A DNA stretch of 64,000 nucleotides from Anaerohalosphaeraceae bacterium (GTDB lineage Bacteria; Planctomycetota; Phycisphaerae; Sedimentisphaerales; Anaerohalosphaeraceae): the NCBI GenBank assembly GCA_963675525.2, contig CAXXSL010000011.1, forward strand, positions 448,001-512,000, given 5' to 3'. Below are positions 1 through 10,945 of the stretch, one piece after another. The notes below the pieces were generated by a model. The model did no database searches. It was not told the DNA's origin and worked only from the letters and a program-made list of their open reading frames with translations. Position 1 is the stretch's first letter, and every line of letters starts with the position of its first letter. Made by a program: the position numbers and the translations under genes.

Positions 1-225
1 AAACACCTTCTGGCTCATACCCCGGCCGAGGATCACTTTTGAACTTTTAACCGAAACGATGATCTGACCGGCTCCGTCATTGCGAACAACCTTGATGACC
101 TCATTTTTCAGCAACCCCATTGCCGCCAGCCGGTTTGTCAAGCCCTGCCCCGAATCGATACTGACGATCCGGACACGGTTGCCGGGCCCAACTCCATCCA
201 ACGCGATCACATCTGAGTTTGACAT
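1..225 (-). CDS. feoA: FeoA-family ferrous iron transport protein (3' end runs off the window)
   Basis: Manual translation, not in the ORF track: MSNSDVIALDGVGPGNRVRIVSIDSGQGLTNRLAAMGLL...IIVSVKSSKVILGRGMSQKVF. Contains the FeoA RL-x-x-MG and LGRGM motifs and lies directly downstream of a DtxR-family gene. Confidence 0.88.
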   Translation of the reverse strand, partial: MSNSDVIALDGVGPGNRVRIVSIDSGQGLTNRLAAMGLLKNEVIKVVRNDGAGQIIVSVKSSKVILGRGMSQKVF

Positions 226-244
226 CGTTTGCCTTCGTTCCTTT

Positions 245-703
245 TCAGTCTTTGTTTACCGAATGCCAATAGTCTTGAAATTGCCCCACAACGCTGTCGG
301 CGTCATCCTGTCCCTGCGTCACAAAGTCCACAAAGCTCACCAACCGCGAGGTGATCTCCGGACCCATCGTATGCTCGGCCCGGCAGGCCGCCTCATGCGC
401 CGTCTGCTCATTAACGCCCAGCACCTCCGCAAAGAACCGCCGCAATATCTCATGCCGACCGGCAACACGCACCGCCGGCTTGCGCCCTTTCTCGGTCAGG
501 GTGATGTAGCCGTAGGGCTTGTAATTGACCAGCCCCTTCTCACTCAGCACCCGCAGCGCACTGGTCACAGAAGCCCGCGAAACACCAAGCCGCTCGGCAA
601 TATCCTTACTGCGGGCAACCGTCTCGGCATCCGACAGGTGATAGATCGCCTCAAGGTAATCTTCCAGAGAAGCACTCAATTGTGGTTTTGGGTCAATACT
701 CAT
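245..703 (-). CDS. DtxR/MntR-family metal-dependent transcriptional regulator
   Basis: LSASLEDYLEAIY, HTH 'DIAERLGVSRASVT', 'RHEILRRF', 'EAACRAEH'. Confidence 0.93.
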   Translation of the reverse strand: MSIDPKPQLSASLEDYLEAIYHLSDAETVARSKDIAERLGVSRASVTSALRVLSEKGLVNYKPYGYITLTEKGRKPAVRVAGRHEILRRFFAEVLGVNEQTAHEAACRAEHTMGPEITSRLVSFVDFVTQGQDDADSVVGQFQDYWHSVNKD

Positions 704-745
704 ATTAGTTATAACTAATATAGTTAGTTAAGACTAACATTTCAA
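702..745 (-). promoter_or_regulatory. Sigma70 promoter overlapped by two DtxR/MntR-type operators
   Basis: TTGAAA(745-740)-17 bp-TATATT(722-717); perfect palindrome ATATTAGTTATAACTAATAT (702-721) and GTTAGT-TAAG-ACTAAC (723-738). Confidence 0.75.
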
Positions 746-894
746 GCAAATTCCCCTGCTTTTTTGTGGAATATTTAAAACTTTTCATCAATCCCGGCCG
801 AAAATCCCACCCCAATCGTCAAACCAAACTCAACCGCCAATCATAAATCGTCTATTGTCAATCCAAACTCAATCCAAATTAACGGGGCTTTTCC

Positions 895-3800
895 TCACCG
901 TCCCGGCTTTGAATAGGATCTCGATTGAATCCTTTCGAACTTTTTCGTTTGTTGCTTTTTAGGCATGAGATCGATCACACGGATACTGTCCGTCCCATAG
1001 ACAAACTGCCCGCTTTCGAGTTTTACAACCAGCGTGATCTCCTGCATCGTATTGGCCGTCAGCTCATCCCGCAGTAAATCCGCATCATAGAAAGCGACAA
1101 CACTGGCCCTGCGATGCCACCCTCGCCCGGCCCGCAGAACCCGTTGCCACGACGGCTCAATATCCCCCGGCAGCAAAAGCATGGATTCATCCGGATCAAG
1201 GGCATCGGCCCCAACGCCGTCCGGCAAGGTCAGCCGAGCCGACAATTTTATCCGAATGCCGCTTCAGATTGAAGACCCGCGGCAAATCCCTCGCATCCGT
1301 CTCAATCGCCTCAACTACGGTAACAACACAAGAATCCGGCTCCGAATCTTCAATGCCGTCATTGACGATTAACTCGATGATATGTTCCCCAACACCCAGC
1401 ACCACCTCCGGCTCTGCTCCCTTAGCAATCAACTCATTCGCATCATTATACCAGAAATACGCCAACACATCCCCATCAGCATCAGACGACCCTGTACCAT
1501 CCAACTGCACCATTGCGTATCCATTAACCCAAGCATAGACCGTCAGGTCCACCCCTGCATCCGCCACCGGCGCAGTATTTTCCCATCTTAACTGAGGATA
1601 TGTCTCCCCTTCCTGACGAATAAACCAGACTTCTTCAAAATCCCAGCATGCTTCAGTAAAAGTGGACATTGTTTTCATTTCGGTCGTTGTCTTACCTGTT
1701 ACGTCCGCAGGCTCTGGGGCCAGCGGGGGTACAGCGCCTATCCCAACATCTATTCCGGAAGTTTCCATATCCCAAAAACAACTCTCAAAAGTACCTATTC
1801 CGAACAAAAATCTAAAATTTTCTTCGAAAATTGTTCCTACAAACCCACCAACATTACTTTCACCGACTACCGGCCCTTTCGCATAACAATAATTAATGGT
1901 ACCGTAGTTATCTCCCGCTAATCCACCAACATTGCTTTCACCAGTAACCAAGACAGAGGCATAGCTTTCGCTAATCGTATCATTAACAGGCCCCTTAAAG
2001 AGCCCGCTGCCAACATTACATCCCACTAAGCCGCCAACAGAAGTACGACCTGTCACCACACCATTAACATAACACGCACGGATCATGCCTCCATAATTTA
2101 TCCCTGCCAAACCACCGACATATGAATCGCCTGTAATATGAACATGCTCCAAACCCAGATTCCTTATTTCACCATCGGAGCTGACCTGGCTGAAACGATG
2201 GAAACCAATACTGCCAAACAAACCGACACAATCATCACCGGGCTGATTGATAGCCACATTCGATATCACATGACCTGCCCCATCAAAAACACCGGTAAAG
2301 GATCCCATGTCGCCGATCGGATAGAGCTTCACGCTATCCATATTAATATCCGACTTCAATACAAAGTGTTTATCAAGAACGGATGGATACCAACTTAGAA
2401 GAGCAAACTCTTCCGCGGTCCAAATTTGATAAGGATCAGTCTCGCTGCCGCTACCATTCAATGAAATCGGATTGGCTGGAGGAATTGATGGAAAACCCGT
2501 TCCTTCCCAAGCCAAACGCGGAGTATCGAAATCGTCTGACATGCTCCATATATCACCCCATCCGGCGTTCTGGAAAATAGAAAATGTCTTCATTTGTGAC
2601 GAGGTCAGGCCCTTGCCCCCGCTGCTGCCGGCAATACCGGAAGATTCCACATCCCAGAAACTGCTTTCGACAGCACCTAAATTCTCTCCTAATAATCCGC
2701 CCACGTCTGTGTTTCCTGTCACTGGGCCTTGGCTAAAACAGTTCCTGACAGTCCCTCCGCTTGTACCCAAAATCCCCCCAACACTTTCATTTCCATTGAC
2801 ATGCATAGAAGAATAACAGTCCTGTATGTTTCCACCACTCTGTCCTAACAGGCCCCCGACCCATAAGTCTCCACTGACATAACCTGTACTAAAACACCGT
2901 AAAACATCACCAGTCGACCCGTCGATTGCCCCAATAAGTCCACCGACATTCTCACTACCATAAACAGTTGCAGAGACTTGGCATTCTTCAATGGTTCCGG
3001 AATTCCTTCCTGCCAGTCCCCCGACCATCCGGTCCCCTTGCACGAAACCGCCAACAATCGAACAATTCGCTAAACGACCGGAACAAAAACCAACAAGCGA
3101 GCCGACACCATATGACTCTGGCGAGGTGATGACGGGATTAATCAATACAAGATTCTCACAACCGCCATAATTGTTAATATCGGAAAAAAAACCAACTCCG
3201 CTGATTTTGCCAAAACCTAAAGCAAGATTAGAAATCGCATGGTTATTACCGTCAAATACGCCGTCGAACCAATTCTTTATTAAATAATTATTCACGCCGC
3301 TGCCCAGCTTGTTAATTTTTTTAGAGGAGGATGATGTCCAGTATACACTGGGCCCCGGGAATTCCAGACCGATGCCGTCTTCGTACTGCAGATTAGTCCC
3401 TTCAAGCTTAATCGGGTTACTGCCATCCATGTTCGCTTGATACACCCCTTGGTATTGAGTCCAATAGATCTTGCCCGCGGCCACATCCAATGCGATTCCT
3501 TTGACACTACGAATATTTGATGCCGCGACCTGAAGTGAGCCGCCATCCGGGTTGCATTTTAAAATGCTATCTCCATCAGTAAAATAAACCTGACCGTTCT
3601 CCTCATCGACAGTAATTCCCCTCGGACCTGTCAACCCGGCAAGAATAACGTTTTGGTCTGTTCCATCAACATTGACCCGTTTGATTTGACCGTCGTAAGG
3701 TTCTGTCCAGTAAATTCGGCCTCGGGTAGTATCGCATGCAATGCCATATGGCTTGCTCACTCCGACGCTGGTAATCGTTTCAATATCACTCCCATTGAAG

Positions 3801-4246
3801 TTAGCACGTTGTATCTTATCCGCATTTCCCCAGTAAATCTTCCGGCCTATAACATCAAGAACGATTGATACCGGTCTGGCCGCGTTCTCACCGATTACAA
3901 TCTCCATGTGACTGCCATCCGTATTCGCGCGGTAAATACGGTAATAGTTTGTATCAACCCAGTACATTTTTTTCTCATTGCTGTCGACTTTAATGTCTCG
4001 GGGGTAAGATAAAACGTCACGCCCGATCATGCTGAATTGTTCATATGTGTCTTCAGCCATGTCGATATCAGCCATGAGCTTGAAATTCATATCCCAGTGT
4101 CCGGGGCTCTGCCCAAATTCTATAAGGTCATTCAGATTGTATATCAAATAGGGGTCATTGGGGTCGCCGGTTCCACCCGAATAGTTTGCATAGACGCAAA
4201 GAGTAAGACTGTAAATGACCAAGAGAAGGGTGAGTTTTTTCAACAT
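895..4246 (-). CDS. Secreted GLUG-repeat protein with inserted YWTD/LDLR-B beta-propeller and PKD/Ig-like domain (one frameshift near 1240)
   Basis: ATG 4246 with GGAGG RBS and signal peptide; YSGGTG-x-PNDPY start; many VGGLxG (GLUG) repeats; IYWT/MYWVD/VYFTD repeats; 'APVADAG...LDGTGSSDADGD' PKD-like domain. ORF 895-1245 is the continuation after an extra A. Confidence 0.8.
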
Positions 4247-4482
4247 GTTGCCTCCAATAAAAAATATTCTTACTCCAACAAGCATCCGAATTTCTACAAT
4301 AAAGACCGGATTTTTACTGTTGTGTTACATGAAACCTTTCTTCTTTCAAAAAATGGGATTAATAACAGTGTGCTATTAAGAAAGTCGCATCCTTACCAGT
4401 TTAACCCCGACAGAAGAAACCACAAGTCTAAATAGCAGACTTGTTCTTCCAAATTACATAAATGCCCCATTAATTATTGTTA

Positions 4483-4510
4483 TTATCGGCCTTAAGGAGA
4501 AGGAAATTGA
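4483..4510 (-). promoter_or_regulatory. Sigma28 (FliA/WhiG)-like promoter upstream of the GLUG protein
   Basis: TCAAT-N15-GCCGATAA; the -10 box matches the consensus exactly. Confidence 0.55.
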
Positions 4511-4627
4511 CTCTTTCTTCCATAAATCACGTAAATCCGAACAATTTTCTCTTTTGTTTAAATCACTAAAACCTTCGATTTTGGAATGTGTTTGGGATTT
4601 CGAGCTTTCCGTATCCTCAGGACTATA

Positions 4628-4655
4628 GACTCTGGATGCTTCGCATCCAGATGAC
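4628..4655 (-). repeat. GTCAT-type REP-like palindrome
   Basis: GTCA-TCTGGATGC-GAA-GCATCCAGA-GTC, 9-bp perfect stem. Confidence 0.55.
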
Positions 4656-4826
4656 ACTTTTTCTGCATGTACTATCTTGCTATCCACCAAAAAAATAAAA
4701 AATATTATCCCTTTTTTCATAAGCACTTACGCATTTTCGACCCCTCGAAAATCACCAAAAATCGCACCAAACACGCACGTTCGCCCCTAATACGGGGGGC
4801 TTAGTTTTTTGAAAATTAGAATAGGA

Positions 4827-5127
4827 TCTTTTAACAATTGAATCAGAGTGCGAGCAACCCGCCTCGCCTGGCTAAAAAACAGCCAACAAAAACGCCATGG
4901 CGCACCTGTCCGTCGTAGCTTCAGCGAAGATGAAAGCCATGCGAATATCGTATCGCGCCCAAAGTGTCAATTCACGGGGAAGTTAGCATTTTTGATACAC
5001 CCTTTTTCGCAAAACAAACCCAATCTTAATATTTCCTTAATACCGACAACCTTTTTCCATAAATAGACTTACAGTAAAAATTCGAAAAAACATTAAGGAA
5101 ATATCAAACCCAAACAAACCCAATCTT
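4827..5127 (+). repeat. AACCCAAT-box composite non-coding element, copy 1
   Basis: ACAATTGAATCAGAGTGCGAGC..CTCGCCTGGC; CCTTTTTCGCAAAACAAACCCAATCTT; 13-bp inverted repeat 5029-5041/5092-5104; CAAACCCAAACAAACCCAATCTT. Confidence 0.6.
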
Positions 5128-5396
5128 CTTGAGTCCATGGGATAAATTAAGGGGTCAGACACCTTTTTCTTCCCTATTTTCTATTATCAAACCCAACGCC
5201 CGCCAACATTGATAAACCTTCAATATTTTTACCCGCGGCAAACGCCGCTTCCTCAATTCAAAATACCAATCGACAATCGTCCATCGTCATTCGACAATTG
5301 CCAATTCCCTCTACCCTGTTTCGCGTGAAAATCCCCGAAATCTGTGGATAAAAAGTTTTACATTTATCTAACTTTTGGTATAATACACAAAATTGG

Positions 5397-5916
5397 ATAT
5401 TCACAATTAAATAGAGTGCGAGCCCCGCTATCTCGCCCGGCCCCCAACAATGGTCATCCTGAACGTAGTGAAGGATCTATTTAAAAAGCCATCTGGAAGA
5501 AGTCCACATTCTTGGGTTCTTATGTTCTGGAGTTCATGAGTTCTTTGAGCAACCTTTTTTACAAAACGAACCCAATTTCCTCCGCAGTAAAATGACTGTA
5601 AGTCATTATCTTATTCTGACTTCTATCTTCTATCTCCTGACTTCTGCCTGTAAATCGAACCCAATACGAACCCAATTTCGCCCCCAAGTACCCCCTACTC
5701 GCGCACCCCGTTTCCAGCCCAAAATCCACGATTTTGCTTTGAAATTCATAAAAATCCCCCTTCTTGCTTACAATAATCACGAACCCAATATAGCCCCAAG
5801 TACCACCACGACAGCAATGCAATATACTGCACTCAAACCCCCCAAAGAACGCAACACCCTCATTTAAAATAGCGCCACGCGAACCCAACCAAACCCAATA
5901 CAAACCCATTTGGGGT
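5397..5916 (+). repeat. AACCCAAT-box composite non-coding element, copy 2, plus extra boxes
   Basis: ACAATTAAATAGAGTGCGAGC..CTCGCCCGGC; CCTTTTTTACAAAACGAACCCAATTT; CGAACCCAATACGAACCCAATTT; further boxes at ~5780 and 5880-5911. Confidence 0.6.
5453..5478 (+). repeat. GTCAT-type REP-like element
   Basis: GTCATCCTGAACGTAGTGAAGGATCT, an imperfect palindrome (ATCCT...AGGAT). Confidence 0.55.
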
Positions 5917-6032
5917 CTTCTCTGCCGTCCCGGCCCCTTTTTGCTTTACAGGCGGCGGCTTTTTGACGATAATACCACCGTACAAAGAACACCACCGAAT
6001 CGAAGCGAAAATACAAACTTAAGGATGAAAAA

Positions 6033-7902
6033 ATGTGTGGAATAGTAGCCTATTTCGGTAAAAAACCGGCCCAACCGATCCTCATCGAGGGCCTTAAGCG
6101 CCTCGAATACCGCGGCTACGACTCCGCCGGCATCGCCCTGATCAAGGACGGCCAATTTGAAATCTGCAAGACCAGCGGACGCATTGCCAACCTCCAGGAA
6201 ATTCTGGCCCCCGTCGACGCGGTCACAACCGTCGGCATCGGGCATACCCGCTGGGCCACCCACGGCGAACCCAATACGGTCAACGCTCATCCGCACACCG
6301 ACTACTCCGGCAAGATCGCACTGGTCCATAACGGCATCATCGAAAACTACGCCACGCTCAAAAAATGGCTCACCAAAAAAGGCTGCACATTCAAAAGCGA
6401 AACCGACACCGAAGTGCTGGCCAACCTGATCGGCTATTTCTACGAAAACTGTCAGGCTAAAAACGGCAACAAAGCCCCGGATGACTGCAACCGCTTCGAG
6501 TGGGCCGTTCAGCAAGCGCTCAATGAAATTTACGGCACCTATGGTTTGGCCATCATGTGCCTGGATTGCCCCGATGTCATGATCGGCGTCAAAAAGGGAA
6601 GTCCGCTGATCCTCGGTGTCGGCGAAAACGAATACATCCTCGCCTCGGATGCTTCGGCCATCGTCGAACACACCACACAGGCGGTCTATCTGTCAGACGG
6701 TGAAATGGTTTCGATCCACCCCGAAGGCTTTACAACCAAGACCATATTGAATAAAGAGGTCGAAAAGGAACTCAAAGAGATCGAATTCTCACTCGACCAG
6801 ATCGAGCTTGAGGGCTTTGATCATTACATGCAGAAAGAGATCGCCGAACAGCCCGAGGCCCTGCGAACCTGCCTGAACGGCCGCGTCGATGTCAAGAATG
6901 GGCGCGTCGTCCTCGGCGGCATTCAAACCATGCTGCGCGACCTGACCCGAACCAAGCGCATCATCATCACCGCCTGCGGCACGGCCTGGCACGCGGGAAT
7001 CGTCGGCGAATTCCTGTTCGAGCAGTTGGCGCGGATTCCCACCGAAGTTGAGTACGCCAGTGAATTCCGCTATCGCAACCCGATCGTCGAAGAAGGCACA
7101 CTCGTGATCGCTATCAGCCAGTCCGGTGAAACCGCCGATACCCTGGCCGCCATCGAACAGGCCAAGGAACGCGGCGCCATGGTTCTGGGCATTGTCAATG
7201 CCGTCGGCTCCACCATCGCACGTGTCACCGACACCGGTGTTTACCTGCGGGTCGGACCGGAGATCGGCGTCGCCAGCACCAAGGCCTTTACCGCCCAGGT
7301 ATCCGTACTGGCGATGCTGGCCATCGAGCTGGGACGCAGACGCCACCTGAGTTCGGAAATGGCACGGAATCTTCTGGGCGAACTGATGAAGATTCCGGAT
7401 AAGATCGAAAAGATCCTCGCCCTGGACGATGCCATCAAAGAGATCGCACGGGGCCAATATGCACAAAGAGAACTGGCTGTTCCTCGGACGCGGATTTAAT
7501 TATCCCGTCGCGCTGGAAGGTGCCTTGAAACTCAAGGAGATCAGCTACATCCACGCCGAAGGCCTGCCCGCAGCAGAAATGAAACACGGCCCCATCGCAT
7601 TGATCACCGACAACATGCCGACCGTCTTTATCGCCACCCGCTGCTCGCAGTATGAAAAACTCATCGGCAATATCGAAGAAGTGCGTGCCCGCGGCGGACG
7701 AACCATTGTCGTGGCCACCGAAGGCGATGAGGACATCAAGCCCTATGCCGACTACCTGATTTCGGTCCCGGATACGCTCGATGAACTCCAGCCCCTGCTG
7801 ACGGTTGTCCCGCTGCAGTTACTGGCCTACCACGCCGCGGTCCTGCGGGGCCATGACGTGGACAAGCCCCGGAATCTCGCCAAAAGCGTTACCGTCGAAT
7901 GA
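6033..7902 (+). CDS. glmS: Glutamine-fructose-6-phosphate transaminase (isomerizing); +1 frameshift at ~7452
   Basis: MCGIV N-terminus, [29 protein letters not shown]-terminal [15 protein letters not shown]; split over ORFs 6033-7499 and 7429-7902 at a GGGG run. Confidence 0.97.
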
Positions 7903-7910
7903 TCGGCGGC

Positions 7911-8379
7911 TTACCGTCGAGCAGCAGGTGAACGACGGACCGCCTTTTTGACTTTTTTCTTCGTCTTGTGACTGATGTCGGGGGTGTGTCCGTCGATGAT
8001 CTTCATTGCTTTTTTTGACATCGGCAACCTTGAGGATGCCCGTGGTGCGGCCGCCGCGTGCGCCCGCGGTACAGTAGGCATACGAAATATTGATATGGGC
8101 CTTGGACAGTTTTTCCGTCACATCGGCAAACGCTCCGGCCTTGTTGGGCAGGTTCAGACACAGCACCTGTGTTTCGCTGTAATGCATATTCATTTTATCC
8201 AGCGTTTCGCGTATCTTTTCAGTGTTATCGCCGACCAGACGCATGACGCCATGCTCGACCGAATCCATCATCGTCATCGCCACGATATTGACCTTGGTCG
8301 CGGCCAGCGATATCAGGAGTTGAGATAAAACGCCGGGTTTATTGACCATGAAAATTGAAAATTGTGTGTCTAAATGCAT
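7911..8379 (-). CDS. ACT-domain protein (two ACT domains); probable +1 frameshift in an A-run near 8012
   Basis: QFSIFMVNKPGVL and LPNKAGAFADV..INISYAY. Removing one A gives ...VKKAMKIID...AARR* ending at 7911 and removes the overlap with glmS. Confidence 0.85.
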
Positions 8380-8442
8380 GGCTGTATCCTTTCATAAAGA
8401 GTCGTTGCCCGTTCCCGCGAAGAAACAGGCGGATACTGTGTA

Positions 8443-8805
8443 TCACAATGCGTGCAGCGCAGAAACAGCCGCTTCTGTGTTTTCATAAAATTCAAAAATT
8501 TTATCCAGATGGGTAATGCGAAACACCCTCGTCAATTGAGGATTGATACCGCTGATCAATAACGCCCCGCCGGCATCCTTGAGCCGACGCCAGAGATCGA
8601 CCAGCAAGCCAAGTACCTGCGAGGAGAAAAAGTAAACCTGAGAAAAATCGATCACCATTTTTTGGGGATTGGAAGGATTCAGCAACCCCCGGAGCGTTGC
8701 TGCGATATCCTCAACATTCGCCACCCCGCCCATTGATGCCTGACGAAGCGAAACAACGAGAACACCGTCAACTGTGCTTACATCTACTTGCGTCTTGTCT
8801 GTCAT
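8443..8805 (-). CDS. STAS-domain anti-sigma factor antagonist
   Basis: MVIDFSQVYFFSSQVLGLL...VFRITHLDKIF. Confidence 0.88.
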   Translation of the reverse strand: MTDKTQVDVSTVDGVLVVSLRQASMGGVANVEDIAATLRGLLNPSNPQKMVIDFSQVYFFSSQVLGLLVDLWRRLKDAGGALLISGINPQLTRVFRITHLDKIFEFYENTEAAVSALHAL

Positions 8806-8849
8806 GTCGCTTTCAAAGCTCCGGATTATTGCTTCTTTCTATAAAATAG

Positions 8850-8878
8850 ATGATACCAGAAACCGCCTGTTTTGTCAA
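8850..8878 (-). promoter_or_regulatory. Sigma70 promoter for STAS-ACT
   Basis: TTGACA-17 bp-TATCAT. Confidence 0.65.
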
Positions 8879-8924
8879 CTACAATCACCGTAAATATGGT
8901 GAATCCGAGCATTTATAGGCCGTT

Positions 8925-9902
8925 TCAGGCCTTCCAGCAGGCCGCCAGATGCTCGTTTCCATCTTTGGAAACAAGCTCCTGTATCTCGTTTTTACAGCAG
9001 TCCTCGGCCAGCGGGCAACGCGGATGGAACGGACATCCCGAAGGCGGATTGGACGGACTGGGCACTTCACCGCCAAGAACAATCCGATGCTTTCGACGGC
9101 CCGGATCCGGCTCCGGAATCGCACTAAGCAGCGCTTGTGTGTACGGATGCAGCGGGTTGGCGTAAAGCAGGTCCCGGTCGGCATATTCGACGATCCGGCC
9201 CAGGTACATCACCGCGACAAAGTCGCTGATGTGCTCGACCACCGCCAGATCATGCGCGATAAACAGATACGTCAGGTTCAACTGCTCCTGCAGATCCTGC
9301 AGCAGATTAACAATTTGAGACTGAATCGAAACATCCAGCGCGCTAACCGGTTCGTCACAGATGATCAGTTTGGGGTCCAGCGCCAAAGCCCGGGCGATGC
9401 CGATGCGCTGGCGCTGACCGCCGGAAAACTCATGCGGATAGCGGTTAAGATGCTGGGCAGACAACCCGACTTTATTGAGCAGGTCTGCCACGCGGTCCTG
9501 GCGTTCTTTGCCGCGGGCAACCCCGTGAACACCGAGCGATTCGCCAATGATGCTCCCGACCGTCATACGCGGATTCAAAGAACCGTACGGGTCCTGAAAC
9601 ATCATCTGGATGTCGCGGCGGAGTTCCTTCATCCGCCCCTGCGGCTGAGAGAAGACATCTTCGCCGTCGAAGGCGAACGTCCCTTCGGTCGGCGGGATCA
9701 GGCGGATCATGGTTCGGCCGACGGTGGTTTTGCCGCAGCCGCTTTCACCGACCAGCCCCAGCGTTTGGCCGGGACGGATTTTGAAGCTGACGCCGTCCAC
9801 GGCTTTGACATGACCGACGATTTTACTGAAAACACCGGAGCGTATCGGAAAATACGTCTTCAGGTCTTTGACATCAACAAGATATTCACTGCTGTGTTTC
9901 AT
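8925..9902 (-). CDS. oppF: Oligopeptide/dipeptide ABC transporter ATP-binding subunit (OppF/DppF)
   Basis: [43 protein letters not shown]; start placed at ATG 9902. Confidence 0.93.
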   Translation of the reverse strand: MKHSSEYLVDVKDLKTYFPIRSGVFSKIVGHVKAVDGVSFKIRPGQTLGLVGESGCGKTTVGRTMIRLIPPTEGTFAFDGEDVFSQPQGRMKELRRDIQMMFQDPYGSLNPRMTVGSIIGESLGVHGVARGKERQDRVADLLNKVGLSAQHLNRYPHEFSGGQRQRIGIARALALDPKLIICDEPVSALDVSIQSQIVNLLQDLQEQLNLTYLFIAHDLAVVEHISDFVAVMYLGRIVEYADRDLLYANPLHPYTQALLSAIPEPDPGRRKHRIVLGGEVPSPSNPPSGCPFHPRCPLAEDCCKNEIQELVSKDGNEHLAACWKA

Positions 9903-9939
9903 CGTATTATAAAGCAGCAGGTCTTCATTCATTTTTGAA

Positions 9940-10944
9940 TTATTCGCTTTTATCGTCGTAGCCCTCCGCATGCCAGCAGGCCACACTGCGGCCGGCAGCA
10001 ACCTGTTTCAACGGCGGCTCCTGTGAGCGACACCGTGAATCGTTACACCCGAGAGGGCATCGCGGATGGAACTTACAGCCATCCGGAAAATGCAGCGGAT
10101 TGGGAACACTGCCGCCGATGACATCCAGCCGTTCTTTCCTTTCACCCAGCTTCGGCAGGGATTTCAGAAGCCCGCGGGTGTACGGATGCAGCGGCTTGTC
10201 AAACAATTCTTCGGCTGAAGCCTTTTCCACCACGCGGGAGGCATACATAACGACGACCTCATCGGCATTCTCGGCCACCACGCCCAGATCATGGGTGATC
10301 ATCATAATACTCATGCCCTCCTGCCGCTGGAGAGTACGCAGCAGTTCCAGTATTTGCGCCTGGATCGTCACATCCAGCGCAGTCGTCGGCTCATCGGCAA
10401 TCAGCAGTTCCGGCCCACAGCACAGGGCCATGGCGATCATCACACGCTGACGCATACCGCCGCTCATCTGGTGAGGATATTCACCGACCCTGCGTTCGGG
10501 GTCAGCAATCCCTACTTTACGCATCATATCGACCGCGATTCCCAATGCCTCGTGACCGCTTTTTTTCTGGTGCAGTTTAACGACTTCGATAATCTGATTA
10601 CCCACGGTAAAGACCGGATTCAGACTGGTCATCGGTTCCTGGAAGATCATCGCAATATCGTTGCCGCGAATCTGGCGCATCCGGTCTTCGGAGACTTCCC
10701 GCAGCGACTCACCGTCAAATAGGATCTCGCCGTCAACGATCTTTCCCGGCGGCCATGGAATCAGCCGCATCACCGACAGCGCCGTCACGCTTTTGCCACA
10801 ACCACTTTCGCCGACGACAGCCAGTGTTTTGCCCTTGGGAATATCGAAACTGACATCCTGGACGGCTTTGACCAACCCCTGCTCCGTATAGAAATGGGTC
10901 GAAAGGTTCTTGATCGATAACAGGTTGTCGTTAGTTTGTGTCAT
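9940..10944 (-). CDS. oppD: Oligopeptide/dipeptide ABC transporter ATP-binding subunit (OppD/DppD)
   Basis: [45 protein letters not shown]. Confidence 0.94.
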   Translation of the reverse strand: MTQTNDNLLSIKNLSTHFYTEQGLVKAVQDVSFDIPKGKTLAVVGESGCGKSVTALSVMRLIPWPPGKIVDGEILFDGESLREVSEDRMRQIRGNDIAMIFQEPMTSLNPVFTVGNQIIEVVKLHQKKSGHEALGIAVDMMRKVGIADPERRVGEYPHQMSGGMRQRVMIAMALCCGPELLIADEPTTALDVTIQAQILELLRTLQRQEGMSIMMITHDLGVVAENADEVVVMYASRVVEKASAEELFDKPLHPYTRGLLKSLPKLGERKERLDVIGGSVPNPLHFPDGCKFHPRCPLGCNDSRCRSQEPPLKQVAAGRSVACWHAEGYDDKSE

Positions 10945-10945
10945 A

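Noticed and set aside
80..718. Long antisense ORFs (e.g. 80-718, 5946-6671, 8949-9938, 14328-15116, 29732-30493)
   Set aside because: Shadow frames of well-supported genes on the opposite strand.
4454..5909. Short ORFs 4454-4726, 4848-5066, 5559-5909 and 5592-5867 as proteins
   Set aside because: They translate repeat boxes (NKPN/NPI) and REP elements and lack RBS or domain signatures.
4990..5916. CRISPR array
   Set aside because: Repeats are only ~10-17 nt, irregularly spaced and degenerate, and no cas genes are present.
5920..6032. glmS ribozyme
   Set aside because: A promoter (TTTACA-17-GATAAT) lies only ~60 nt before the ATG and no ribozyme core is recognisable.
7440..7460. glmS split as a pseudogene or programmed frameshift
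   Set aside because: A single extra G in a GGGG run of a normally essential gene. Eight similar one-base indels occur in unrelated genes, so long-read sequencing error is the simplest explanation.
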